Of a DNA stretch of 64,000 nucleotides, positions 17,061-25,568 are shown in pieces. Position 1 is the stretch's first letter, and each line of letters opens with the position of its first letter. Origin of the DNA: Flavobacteriales bacterium. Its GTDB lineage: Bacteria; Bacteroidota; Bacteroidia; UBA10329. The DNA lies in assembly GCA_021739695.1 (NCBI GenBank), contig JAIPBM010000021.1, forward strand, positions 4,472 through 68,471, written 5' to 3'. A program made the translations under genes and the position numbers. Below the pieces are notes generated by a model that was not told where the DNA came from, made no database searches, and saw nothing but the letters and a program-made list of their open reading frames with translations.

Positions 17061-17915
17061 TTGGACGATTGGCTTACTTCGTTCTATACAGACAACATGG
17101 ACGAAGATCATATTGAAGTATTTGACCCGAAAATGGCCCGAAAAGTGGCCAAGTTGTATCTGCCAATTCTCGAAACCTACCATCGGGCAAAATTTCTCGG
17201 ATTAGAGAATATTCCCAGTGAAGCATTTCTTGGTGTAGGCAATCATACGGGCATGCATTTCATGCCCGAATCGTTGCTTTGGCTCAGTAAATATCATTCG
17301 GAAGAACGTTCTGTTCCAATGCTCACACTCATTCATCACATGACACACTTGTTTGGCCGATTGGTGCACTTGCCTGTGAACGAATTGGGATTTTTGGAAG
17401 CAAAACCAGATAGCGCATTGAACGCATTGCAATCTGGTTTTGCAGTAACGGTTTATCCTGGAGGCGACAGAGACGTGGCTCGAACATTTACCGATAGGAA
17501 CAAGATCAATTTCTTTGATCATTTAGGATATGTTAAAACTGCGTTGAGGGCGCAAGTGCCGATACTTCCAATTGTGGGTTGTGGCGGTGGAGAAACGCTT
17601 TTTGTGCTCAATTCTGGTGAACGCTTTGCAGCTTGGAGTGGTCTGAAACGCTTGGCTAAAGTTCATACGTGGCCCACGTATTGGTCGTTTCCCTTTGGTT
17701 GGCACGTAGGTCATTTTCCACATTTCGAATTGCCACTTCCTTCGCAAATGACAATAAGCGTTCTTGAGCCATTTTACCTCAATCACTACCAACCAAGTGA
17801 TGCGGATAATCCTGAGATCGTGAAAAACATCAATGACGATGTGATGTACGTGATGCAAAAAGAATTGGACCGACTTTCAAAAGGTCGAATTCCGATTTTG
17901 GGAAAGATTTTCTAG
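17061..17915 (+). CDS. lysophospholipid/glycerol-phosphate acyltransferase family protein (PlsC-like)
   Basis: Acyltransferase-like blocks (GNHTGMHFMPE, VYPGGDRD, PIVGCGGGETLF). Family-level call only. Confidence 0.5.
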   Translation: MDDWLTSFYTDNMDEDHIEVFDPKMARKVAKLYLPILETYHRAKFLGLENIPSEAFLGVGNHTGMHFMPESLLWLSKYHSEERSVPMLTLIHHMTHLFGRLVHLPVNELGFLEAKPDSALNALQSGFAVTVYPGGDRDVARTFTDRNKINFFDHLGYVKTALRAQVPILPIVGCGGGETLFVLNSGERFAAWSGLKRLAKVHTWPTYWSFPFGWHVGHFPHFELPLPSQMTISVLEPFYLNHYQPSDADNPEIVKNINDDVMYVMQKELDRLSKGRIPILGKIF

Positions 17916-17924
17916 AACGGACAG

Positions 17925-18722
17925 TTACGTCTCCGATTTTCCGAATTCCTCAGCAAATTTTTTCGGAGTGTTCGTGTTGATCAGGTCAATGCCGATTTTC
18001 TGAAAAGATTCCCAAGCATTCGGATTGTCTGGTGATGCCCAAAGCCGTAGTTTCTTGCCTTCAGCATGAACCTTTGAAACCAGTTTTCTGAGTTTGAGTT
18101 GCTCTTCCGAAGGCATTTCTCCTACTCCGTTCCACGAAAGATGATTGTGGTAATTGTCGCTGATAACAGGCATCACTTCGGCAGGAATCTGTTGTCCAAT
18201 ATCGCTCGGTCGTCCATCCAAAAATGCCAGTTTGGGTTCAGCATTCAGAACGCCTTCGGTCGGTCTTCCTCCTGAAAGGAAAACGGTTACTGCTCCAGGT
18301 TTCAGTTCTCCATCTTCCATAACCGTTAGCATGGAACGGTATTTTCCCAAAAGTTCTGTCAGTCGATTGAAGGTTTCCATTCCGCCACCTTTAAAATCAA
18401 TCATCAGGTAAAACGGTCCGCCATAGTTCGGATAAACCCTTCTGCCATTTTTCTGAACGTGCTCAAAAAGCGGTTTCAGGTAAAGATTTTCGAGCGAGCG
18501 TTTTTTGTTTCGACCCAAGGGACGCACGTGCGCCACGTAGAGTTCTCCTTTCATCAGATGTACGTCCGCTTCTACCGAAACGAGGCCACTTTCCAATGCT
18601 TCATAAAGAGCTGGTTTGTTCAGGTAATCGTTGTGTGCATGGCCAGGAATGACTGTTTGCGCAAATGAAGTGAAAACGAAAAAGGAGAAAACGAAAAAAC
18701 TGAACGCGACTAATTGCTTCAT
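17925..18722 (-). CDS. secreted PLC-like phosphodiesterase (GDPD_2-type glycerophosphodiester phosphodiesterase family)
   Basis: Signal peptide followed by the HAHNDY catalytic-type motif near the N-terminus, characteristic of the GDPD_2/PLC-like TIM-barrel phosphodiesterases. Confidence 0.5.
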   Translation of the reverse strand: MKQLVAFSFFVFSFFVFTSFAQTVIPGHAHNDYLNKPALYEALESGLVSVEADVHLMKGELYVAHVRPLGRNKKRSLENLYLKPLFEHVQKNGRRVYPNYGGPFYLMIDFKGGGMETFNRLTELLGKYRSMLTVMEDGELKPGAVTVFLSGGRPTEGVLNAEPKLAFLDGRPSDIGQQIPAEVMPVISDNYHNHLSWNGVGEMPSEEQLKLRKLVSKVHAEGKKLRLWASPDNPNAWESFQKIGIDLINTNTPKKFAEEFGKSET

Positions 18723-19513
18723 TTTTTGGTGGCTGTAAGTGAATAAACCAATGGAAGTTTATTTCCGTGTTTCTCGATGATGAATTTCCGCTCGTCCAAT
18801 TTCTTCATTCCGTTGAAACAGTTGTAGGGCGAATAATCGAATTCATCAAAGCTTTTCAGTATCAATCCGTTTTCTTCTAGTGCGTGGAACACTTCGGCCA
18901 GCCCATGATTCCAACTGATTTCTGTTTTCTCGAAGGCTGCATCTTTCTCTGCGTATGTTCCAGAACTGGTTTCAACAATTGCTTCGTCTTTGAAGTAACG
19001 GTATTCGATCTTCTCAAATTCCGAATCGAACATCCACACCACAGGATGAAATTCCACAAATACAAGTTTGCCTTTTGGTTTGAGGTAATGCGAAATGGTT
19101 TCGGCCCATTTATTCAGATCAGGCAGCCAACCAATGGTTCCGTAGGAAGTGAAAACGATATCGAATTGTTGATCGAGCTTACCAATGAGTTCAAGGACAT
19201 CGCTCACCACAAATTCAGCATTCAAACCCAATTCTTCATTCAGTTTTTTTGCTGCCGCAATGGCTTCATCCGAAAGGTCAACACCAACCACATTCGCTCC
19301 CATTCGTGCCAGCGAAAGCGAATCTTGTCCGAAGTGACATTGAAGATGAAGAATCGATTTTCCTTGCACATCGCCAAGCAAATCCAGTTCAATATCGTTC
19401 AAACTGGATTTGCCCGCTTTCCAGGCTTCAAGTTCGTAGAACTCAGATGATAAATGTGCTGAAACCCGTTTGTTCCAAGCGTCTCGGTTGGTGGTTTGAT
19501 AGTCGTGTTTCAT
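18719..19513 (-). CDS. class I SAM-dependent methyltransferase
   Basis: SAM-binding motif I (ILHLQCHFGQDSLSLARMGANVVGVDLSDEAI). Start moved to the Met at 19513 so that it abuts the downstream toxin stop rather than overlapping it by about 50 nt. Confidence 0.75.
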   Translation of the reverse strand: MKHDYQTTNRDAWNKRVSAHLSSEFYELEAWKAGKSSLNDIELDLLGDVQGKSILHLQCHFGQDSLSLARMGANVVGVDLSDEAIAAAKKLNEELGLNAEFVVSDVLELIGKLDQQFDIVFTSYGTIGWLPDLNKWAETISHYLKPKGKLVFVEFHPVVWMFDSEFEKIEYRYFKDEAIVETSSGTYAEKDAAFEKTEISWNHGLAEVFHALEENGLILKSFDEFDYSPYNCFNGMKKLDERKFIIEKHGNKLPLVYSLTATKK

Positions 19514-19815
19514 TTGAGCGAACCAAGCAGCTTTTCGGGGTCTTGGCGTGTATCCCAAAATCCAATGACAATTAACTGAGTTGTAGTTAGCTGATAAACG
19601 ATACTAAAGTGACCGAGTGAAGTAATTCTTGTTCCTACTACTTCGGTTTCTTTTCCTGAAAACGGGTGTTTTACCAATTGTTTAATTCGTGCGCGAATGA
19701 ATTTGAGAAGCTTTTTGGAATACTGGGTAGAACCGTTTCTTGTATTCCAGTATTCGAGAATCTTTCGTCTTTGGAGTTTGGCAGTATCCGTCCAAACTAC
19801 TGTTCGCTGAGCCAT
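19510..19815 (-). CDS. type II toxin-antitoxin system RelE/ParE family toxin
   Basis: 101 aa with the size, basic composition and sequence pattern (FSIVYQL ... LIVIGFWDTRQDP) of Bacteroidota RelE/ParE toxins. Overlaps the upstream small acidic ORF by 19 nt. Confidence 0.65.
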   Translation of the reverse strand: MAQRTVVWTDTAKLQRRKILEYWNTRNGSTQYSKKLLKFIRARIKQLVKHPFSGKETEVVGTRITSLGHFSIVYQLTTTQLIVIGFWDTRQDPEKLLGSLK

Positions 19816-20033
19816 GCCATATCCTCTGCGTCTAAATCTTCTTGAGAAGTTAACCGACCATATTTGACGTCATCTTCGCTCATTTGAAGCATTGTCTTCT
19901 GTGCGTCCGTAAACTTCACTTTTTCATCAGAAGTTGAATTGACAATGGTCTGCAAGGCTTCAAGAAGTTCTTGATTCTCAATGGTGAGAATTTTATTGAT
20001 AAGACTTGTTTTGAGCGTATTAATAGCTTTCAT
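19797..20033 (-). CDS. putative antitoxin of the RelE/ParE module
   Basis: 78-aa acidic helical protein, encoded immediately upstream of and overlapping the toxin gene. Called by context. Confidence 0.5.
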   Translation of the reverse strand: MKAINTLKTSLINKILTIENQELLEALQTIVNSTSDEKVKFTDAQKTMLQMSEDDVKYGRLTSQEDLDAEDMAWLSEQ

Positions 20034-20036
20034 GCT

Positions 20037-20906
20037 CTAAAGTTCGGAAATTATTTCAACCGCCTCTTTCACATCATGAACCCTCAGAATATCAGCTCCA
20101 TTTTGCAGCAATTGGCGGTTCACTTCAATCGTTCCTCTTAAGGTTTGTTCAGGGCTTTCGCCATATTTCTTTTTAATCATGCTTTTGCGAGAAACACCAA
20201 CCAAAATGGGTTTCCCAAAAATGGCGAAATCGCCAAGACGGTCAACCAGTTCGTAGTTCTGATCAAAGGTTTTTCCAAAGCCAAAACCGGGGTCAATGAT
20301 CACATCATTAACGCCTTGTTTCACCAATTGAGGAACTCGCTGTGCGAAGAATGAAAGCACTTCGGGTGTGATTGGTTTACGTTCTAAGTTCTTCTGCATG
20401 TTTTGAGGCGTACCTTTCATGTGCATGCAGATGTAAGGTGCAGAGAATTTGGCGGCAACCGCAGGCAATTCACTATCCAGATTTCCGCCCGAAATATCGT
20501 TGATGATGTGCGCTCCAATTTCCAAGGCTTTTTTGGCAACTACAGAACGGAATGTGTCAATGGAGATCAGCGCATCAGGAAACTGCGAAACGATGGCTTC
20601 CAAAGCTGGTAGAAGGCGATTAAACTCTTCTTCTTCCGAAATATTGTCTGCCCCAGGTCGACTGCTGTAAGCACCAAGATCCAGAATATCCGCACCTTCA
20701 TTGAGCATTTGCTCGGCATGTTTCAAAGCAGCATCCACGGAATTGAACTTTCCGCCATCGAAAAAACTGTCAGGCGTTAGGTTCAGAATTCCCATAACTA
20801 ATGGACGGTCGAGTATGACCAGTCTACCTCGGCAATTTAAAGACCTGTTAGGTTTTGAAAACCTAGTAGGTCTATCTTCGTTGGTTAAGCTATTTTTGCC
20901 GCTCAT
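20037..20906 (-). CDS. folP: dihydropteroate synthase
   Basis: Pterin-binding barrel motifs (MGILNLTPDSFFDGG ... DILDLGAYSSRPGA ... SIDTFRSVVAKKALE). The true start may be the internal Met at MGILNL. Confidence 0.9.
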   Translation of the reverse strand: MSGKNSLTNEDRPTRFSKPNRSLNCRGRLVILDRPLVMGILNLTPDSFFDGGKFNSVDAALKHAEQMLNEGADILDLGAYSSRPGADNISEEEEFNRLLPALEAIVSQFPDALISIDTFRSVVAKKALEIGAHIINDISGGNLDSELPAVAAKFSAPYICMHMKGTPQNMQKNLERKPITPEVLSFFAQRVPQLVKQGVNDVIIDPGFGFGKTFDQNYELVDRLGDFAIFGKPILVGVSRKSMIKKKYGESPEQTLRGTIEVNRQLLQNGADILRVHDVKEAVEIISEL

Positions 20907-20936
20907 CTTCGAGCCGAAGTTAATGGTTCAATACTG

Positions 20937-21488
20937 ATGGCAGATACCAATACACAATACGATAAGGCGCTTGCCGAATGCCGCGAGATTTTCGTGGGCA
21001 AGATGAAGGATTATGGTGCTTCGTGGCGCATTTTTCGCCCATCTTCCATTACCGATCAACTTTTTATCAAGGCCAATCGCATTCGCAGTTTGGAAGAGAA
21101 AGGCGTGAGCAGAGTAGGAGAGGGAATCTATCCTGAATACATCGGTCTGGTGAATTATTCCATCATGGAGATCATTCAGTTGGAACATGGCCATGCGGAT
21201 GAAGCTGATCTGAATCTTGATCGTGCCATTACTTGGTATGATCAATATGCAGCCGAAGCAAAAGCACTGATGGAACGAAAGAACCATGATTATGGCGAAG
21301 CGTGGCGCGATATGCGTGTGAAGTCGCTGACAGATATGATATTGGTGAAGATCCTTCGCATCAAAGAGATGGAAGACAACCAGGGTCAGAGCGAACTTTC
21401 AGAAGGAATTGATGCTAATCTGTATGATATGATCAATTACTCCATTTTTGCGTTGATAAAGCTTGATGAGGCAAAGACCTCGGCTTGA
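20937..21488 (+). CDS. DUF1599 domain-containing protein
   Basis: Two tandem copies of the DUF1599 motif (KMKDYGASWRIFR ... IRSLEEKG and KNHDYGEAWRDMR ... ILRIKEME). Divergent from folP, a conserved Bacteroidota arrangement. Confidence 0.75.
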   Translation: MADTNTQYDKALAECREIFVGKMKDYGASWRIFRPSSITDQLFIKANRIRSLEEKGVSRVGEGIYPEYIGLVNYSIMEIIQLEHGHADEADLNLDRAITWYDQYAAEAKALMERKNHDYGEAWRDMRVKSLTDMILVKILRIKEMEDNQGQSELSEGIDANLYDMINYSIFALIKLDEAKTSA

Positions 21489-21538
21489 CATTGTCGGTTG
21501 AAACCGAAGTTTAAATTTGTTTTTAAAACCCACTATCA

Positions 21539-22828
21539 ATGAAACTGATAACTGATATAGCCCGATATTTTGTAGGTGTACTGTTCATTTTTTCGGGCAT
21601 TGTAAAAGCCAACGACCCGCTAGGTTTTAGCTATAAACTCGAAGAATATTTTGAGGAGTTTGCCAAGTTGGGCGAGTATTGGGGCTTCTTAGAACCATTT
21701 TTCCATTTCTGTCATGATTACGCGCTTCCGCAGGCCATTTTTCTAGTTGTGTTGGAAGTTGTGCTTGGCGTTGCCATTTTGGTTCGTTTTAAGACCAGAC
21801 TTACAGCAACGCTTCTGTTGTTGTTGATCATGTTTTTTACCGCACTTACGTTTGCATCGGCCTATTTTGGCATTGTAAAAACCTGCGGATGTTTTGGCGA
21901 TGCCATTCCACTTACAGCTTGGGAAAGCTTTTATAAGGATGTCATCTTATCGGTTTTGATTCTGATCATTTTCATCAGACAGAAGCAGATCAGTATTTCC
22001 GAAACAGGCGTCAACGATTTTGTGTTGGCGGGCGTTGGGTCGCTGATCATGCTGAAGTTGTCTTACGACCTCGAATGGTTTTTCCCATTCTGGTTTTTGG
22101 TTTCAACCTTCACCTTCTTCTTCTTGGTGCGCTTGGTAGAGCACCGAAAAGCACCCATGTTCACTACCATTCTGGCAACTTTTGCTATGGCATTTTTTAC
22201 ATTCTATACCTACAGTTATCTACCTGCGAAGGATTTCCGTGCTTACGCTCCGGGAAAAAGCATTGCTGAACAGATGGAAGGCATTCCAGACAAGTTAAAG
22301 TACTTCTACATCTTGCGCGATAAGGAAACGGGTAAAGAACAAGAGTTTGAGAAGTTCCCAGAGAACTATCAAGAGAAGTATGAGTACGTAGATTCGAGAA
22401 CAGAAGTGATTGAGCAGGGCGTTGAACCTAAGATCATGGATTTCTCCATCACATCTGCCGAAGGCGAAGATCTTACCGAAGATTTCTTGATGAGTGAGAA
22501 CTTCACGTTCCTTCTTATTTCTTATGACCTGAATTTGGCGGTAACGCAGCCTCAGCCACGAATCAATGAGCTTGCGGCACGCTTGCAGGAAAAAGGCTAC
22601 AGGTTTGTCGGTTTGACTTCCAGTTCTCCGCAAAATGCTGTTGCTTTTGCACAGGAGAACAGCAATCCTTTCAGCTACCTTTTCTGCGATCAGATCGTGC
22701 TAAAAACCATCATTCGTTCCAATCCCGGATTATTGCTTTTAAAGGATGGAAAAGTGTATGGCAAGTGGCATTACAATGATCTGCCAGAGCTTCAGGTGTT
22801 GGAGTTGGATTATCTCAATCAGCCTTAA
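21539..22828 (+). CDS. DoxX family membrane protein with a C-terminal soluble domain
   Basis: N-terminal DoxX-like TM helices (ARYFVGVLFIFSGIVKANDPLGFS) and a roughly 180-aa C-terminal extension. Confidence 0.55.
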   Translation: MKLITDIARYFVGVLFIFSGIVKANDPLGFSYKLEEYFEEFAKLGEYWGFLEPFFHFCHDYALPQAIFLVVLEVVLGVAILVRFKTRLTATLLLLLIMFFTALTFASAYFGIVKTCGCFGDAIPLTAWESFYKDVILSVLILIIFIRQKQISISETGVNDFVLAGVGSLIMLKLSYDLEWFFPFWFLVSTFTFFFLVRLVEHRKAPMFTTILATFAMAFFTFYTYSYLPAKDFRAYAPGKSIAEQMEGIPDKLKYFYILRDKETGKEQEFEKFPENYQEKYEYVDSRTEVIEQGVEPKIMDFSITSAEGEDLTEDFLMSENFTFLLISYDLNLAVTQPQPRINELAARLQEKGYRFVGLTSSSPQNAVAFAQENSNPFSYLFCDQIVLKTIIRSNPGLLLLKDGKVYGKWHYNDLPELQVLELDYLNQP

Positions 22829-23905
22829 TTGATCGGATATATCTCACGTAAATTACTGTACAGCATTTCGGTGCTGTTCGGTATCGTGACCGTGGTTTTT
22901 CTGCTTTTTGCGGCTTTGCCTGGCGATCCTGCGAGATTGATGCTCGGTCAGCGTGCAGATCAATCGGAAGTTGAGATGATCCGAAAAGATCTTGGCTTGG
23001 ATCAACCGCTCTTGACGCAATATTTCGTTTATCTCAACGACTTATCGCCCTTGGCGTTTTACAATCTTAGCGATTCTGAAAGTGCTTATTTTTTCGAACC
23101 TACTGAACACGAAAGCAGCAAAAGTCTTTGGAATTCTGGCTCAACTGTTCTTGTGCTGAAAGCGCCTTATCTGAGACGTTCATACCAGTCGCAGCAAACG
23201 GTTGTCTCTATCGTTTTGGAAGCACTTCCCGGAACAGCCGTTTTGGCGGTTACTTCAATCATTATTGCTACGTTTCTTGGAATCACATTCGGCATTTTCG
23301 GAGCGTTGTTCAAAGGGCAATGGTTGGATAAACTGCTGATGGTTTTTTCCATTTTCGGAATGAGTTTGCCATCATTTGTAGCAGCCATTCTCATCATGTG
23401 GGTTTTCGCTTATTTGCTTGGTTCCATCACGGGCTTGGAAGTAACAGGAAGCTTGTACGAAATAGATGAATTTGAAGGGAAAAAGCTGGTGCTCAAAAAC
23501 CTGATTCTACCAGCCATCACGCTTGGAGTTCGACCATTGGCCGTTTTTATGCAGTTAACGCGAAACTCGATGCTCGAAGTCCTTTCGATGGATTATGTAC
23601 GAACTGCTACGGCAAAAGGCCTATCGTTCAAAACCGTTGTGCTGAAGCACGCATTGCGCAACGCGCTAAATCCTGTTATCACGGCTATTTCGGGCTGGTT
23701 GGCTTCGTTGCTTGCAGGAGCCGTTTTTGTCGAGATCGTATTCGGCTGGAAAGGCTTGGGACTTATCATGCTTAATGCGCTGAATACCTACGACCTTCCA
23801 GTGGTGATGGGCTGCATCATTTTAGTGGCTGTCATCTTTGTGGTTATTAATATGTTGGTTGATGTGCTCTATGGTATATTTGACCCACGTGTAAGTATTG
23901 GATGA
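22829..23905 (+). CDS. ABC transporter permease (OppB/DppB-type, binding-protein-dependent)
   Basis: N-terminal TM and LPGDPARLMLG. The EAA-like loop (YVRTATAKGLSFKTVVLKHALRNAL) is typical of the DppB/OppB family. Confidence 0.8.
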   Translation: MIGYISRKLLYSISVLFGIVTVVFLLFAALPGDPARLMLGQRADQSEVEMIRKDLGLDQPLLTQYFVYLNDLSPLAFYNLSDSESAYFFEPTEHESSKSLWNSGSTVLVLKAPYLRRSYQSQQTVVSIVLEALPGTAVLAVTSIIIATFLGITFGIFGALFKGQWLDKLLMVFSIFGMSLPSFVAAILIMWVFAYLLGSITGLEVTGSLYEIDEFEGKKLVLKNLILPAITLGVRPLAVFMQLTRNSMLEVLSMDYVRTATAKGLSFKTVVLKHALRNALNPVITAISGWLASLLAGAVFVEIVFGWKGLGLIMLNALNTYDLPVVMGCIILVAVIFVVINMLVDVLYGIFDPRVSIG

Positions 23906-23976
23906 AACGAAAAAGGAGAAATGAGAGAATGGATTCACATTTTTCATTTCCTCCCTTTTCCTTTTAACTCATTAAA

Positions 23977-24732
23977 ATGAGAGAGAAAATAGTAGCTGGA
24001 AACTGGAAGATGAACATGACCCGAGAGACAGGGTTAAGTTTGGCGGATGAGATTTTTACAGGATTGGCTGATGGTGCTTCGTCAGATGTTAAGGTGATTT
24101 TGGCGCCATCTTTCCCCTTCATTTCTGACCTTGTTTCCAAAGCTGATGGATCGGCTGTTTCCGTCTCTGCCCAAAACTGTTATCAAGAAGAAAATGGTGC
24201 CTTTACAGGCGAAGTTTCTGTTGAAATGCTGAAGTCATTCGGATGCGAATATTGCATTGTGGGTCATTCTGAAAGACGCCAGTATTTCGGAGAAGATGAT
24301 GCGCTTGTCAATTTGAAGATTCAGCGTCTTTTCTCGCATGGAATCACACCGATCTACTGTTGTGGCGAATCGTTGGAAGAACGCGAATCGGAGCATCATT
24401 TTGATGTGGTCGGAGATCAGATTCAATCTGCTTTACAAGGTTTTACAAAGGACGAATTAAGCAAGATTGTAATTGCCTACGAGCCCGTTTGGGCCATTGG
24501 TACGGGGATAACTGCTACACCGAAACAGGCACAGGAAATGCATGCATTTATTCGCGAAAAACTGTCTGAGGTTCTGTCTGAACACGCAGAGGAAATTTCC
24601 ATCCTTTATGGGGGAAGTGTAAAACCTGAAAATGCCAGCGAACTCTTCGCTCAAAAAGATATTGATGGCGGCCTTATTGGTGGCGCATCTTTAGCTGCTA
24701 CCGACTTTTTACAAATCATTCACTCTTTCTAA
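23977..24732 (+). CDS. tpiA: triose-phosphate isomerase
   Basis: AGNWKMN, IVGHSERR, YEPVWAIGTG and GGSV motifs. Confidence 0.9.
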   Translation: MREKIVAGNWKMNMTRETGLSLADEIFTGLADGASSDVKVILAPSFPFISDLVSKADGSAVSVSAQNCYQEENGAFTGEVSVEMLKSFGCEYCIVGHSERRQYFGEDDALVNLKIQRLFSHGITPIYCCGESLEERESEHHFDVVGDQIQSALQGFTKDELSKIVIAYEPVWAIGTGITATPKQAQEMHAFIREKLSEVLSEHAEEISILYGGSVKPENASELFAQKDIDGGLIGGASLAATDFLQIIHSF

Positions 24733-24733
24733 T

Positions 24734-25567
24734 ATGGCCCACGCGGTGCTTACAATTAAGGTCAGTCCTGTAGAAATGGGACGACAGATCGTTATTTCTG
24801 AACTTTCCGATATTGACTTCGAAGGTTTCTTGGAAACCGATGAAGGTGTGGAAGCTTACATCGAAGAATCAGCGTTGAATTTGGATAACGTGGAAGCCGT
24901 TTTTTCCCGCATTCGCGAAGCTGAATTTGACGTTTCGTTTGAGACATCTCTTTCTGAGGAAAAGAATTGGAATGAGGAATGGGAAAAGAATTTCGATCCG
25001 GTTGAGATCAAAGACCTTTGCCGCATCCGAGCGCCATTCCATGAATCGAAACAAGGCTTCAAGATGGAAATTCTCATTATGCCTAAAATGTCTTTCGGAA
25101 CAGGTCATCATGCCACAACTTCGCTGATGGTGGAATACCTGATGACCACCAAAGTGGAAAGTCCGCTGTTGGACATGGGTTCTGGAACAGCGGTGCTGGC
25201 CATTGTTGCGCGCAAACTTGGTGCGGAAGACGTTACCGCCATTGATATTGATGAATGGGCATTTGAGAATGCGCCAGACAATTGCGAGTTGAATGACATC
25301 AACGATATTGAGATTCTTAAAGGCGATGCTTCTCTGCTCGGAACGAAGAAGTTTCGCACAATTCTAGCCAATATCAATCGGAATGTATTGGTGGAAGATA
25401 TTCCGAAATATGCAGCATCACTCGAGAAAAACGGACAGCTTTTTGTAAGTGGATTTTATGTTGAAGACTTAGATATCATCAAAGACGTAGCTATTCGATC
25501 AGGCTTTATCTTTAACGGAAATCTGACTAAGAACAATTGGGTCTCAGCCCGATTCATCAAACAATAA
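24734..25567 (+). CDS. prmA: ribosomal protein L11 methyltransferase
   Basis: FGTGHHATT, LDMGSGTAVLAIVA and the overall PrmA architecture. Confidence 0.85.
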   Translation: MAHAVLTIKVSPVEMGRQIVISELSDIDFEGFLETDEGVEAYIEESALNLDNVEAVFSRIREAEFDVSFETSLSEEKNWNEEWEKNFDPVEIKDLCRIRAPFHESKQGFKMEILIMPKMSFGTGHHATTSLMVEYLMTTKVESPLLDMGSGTAVLAIVARKLGAEDVTAIDIDEWAFENAPDNCELNDINDIEILKGDASLLGTKKFRTILANINRNVLVEDIPKYAASLEKNGQLFVSGFYVEDLDIIKDVAIRSGFIFNGNLTKNNWVSARFIKQ

Positions 25568-25568
25568 C

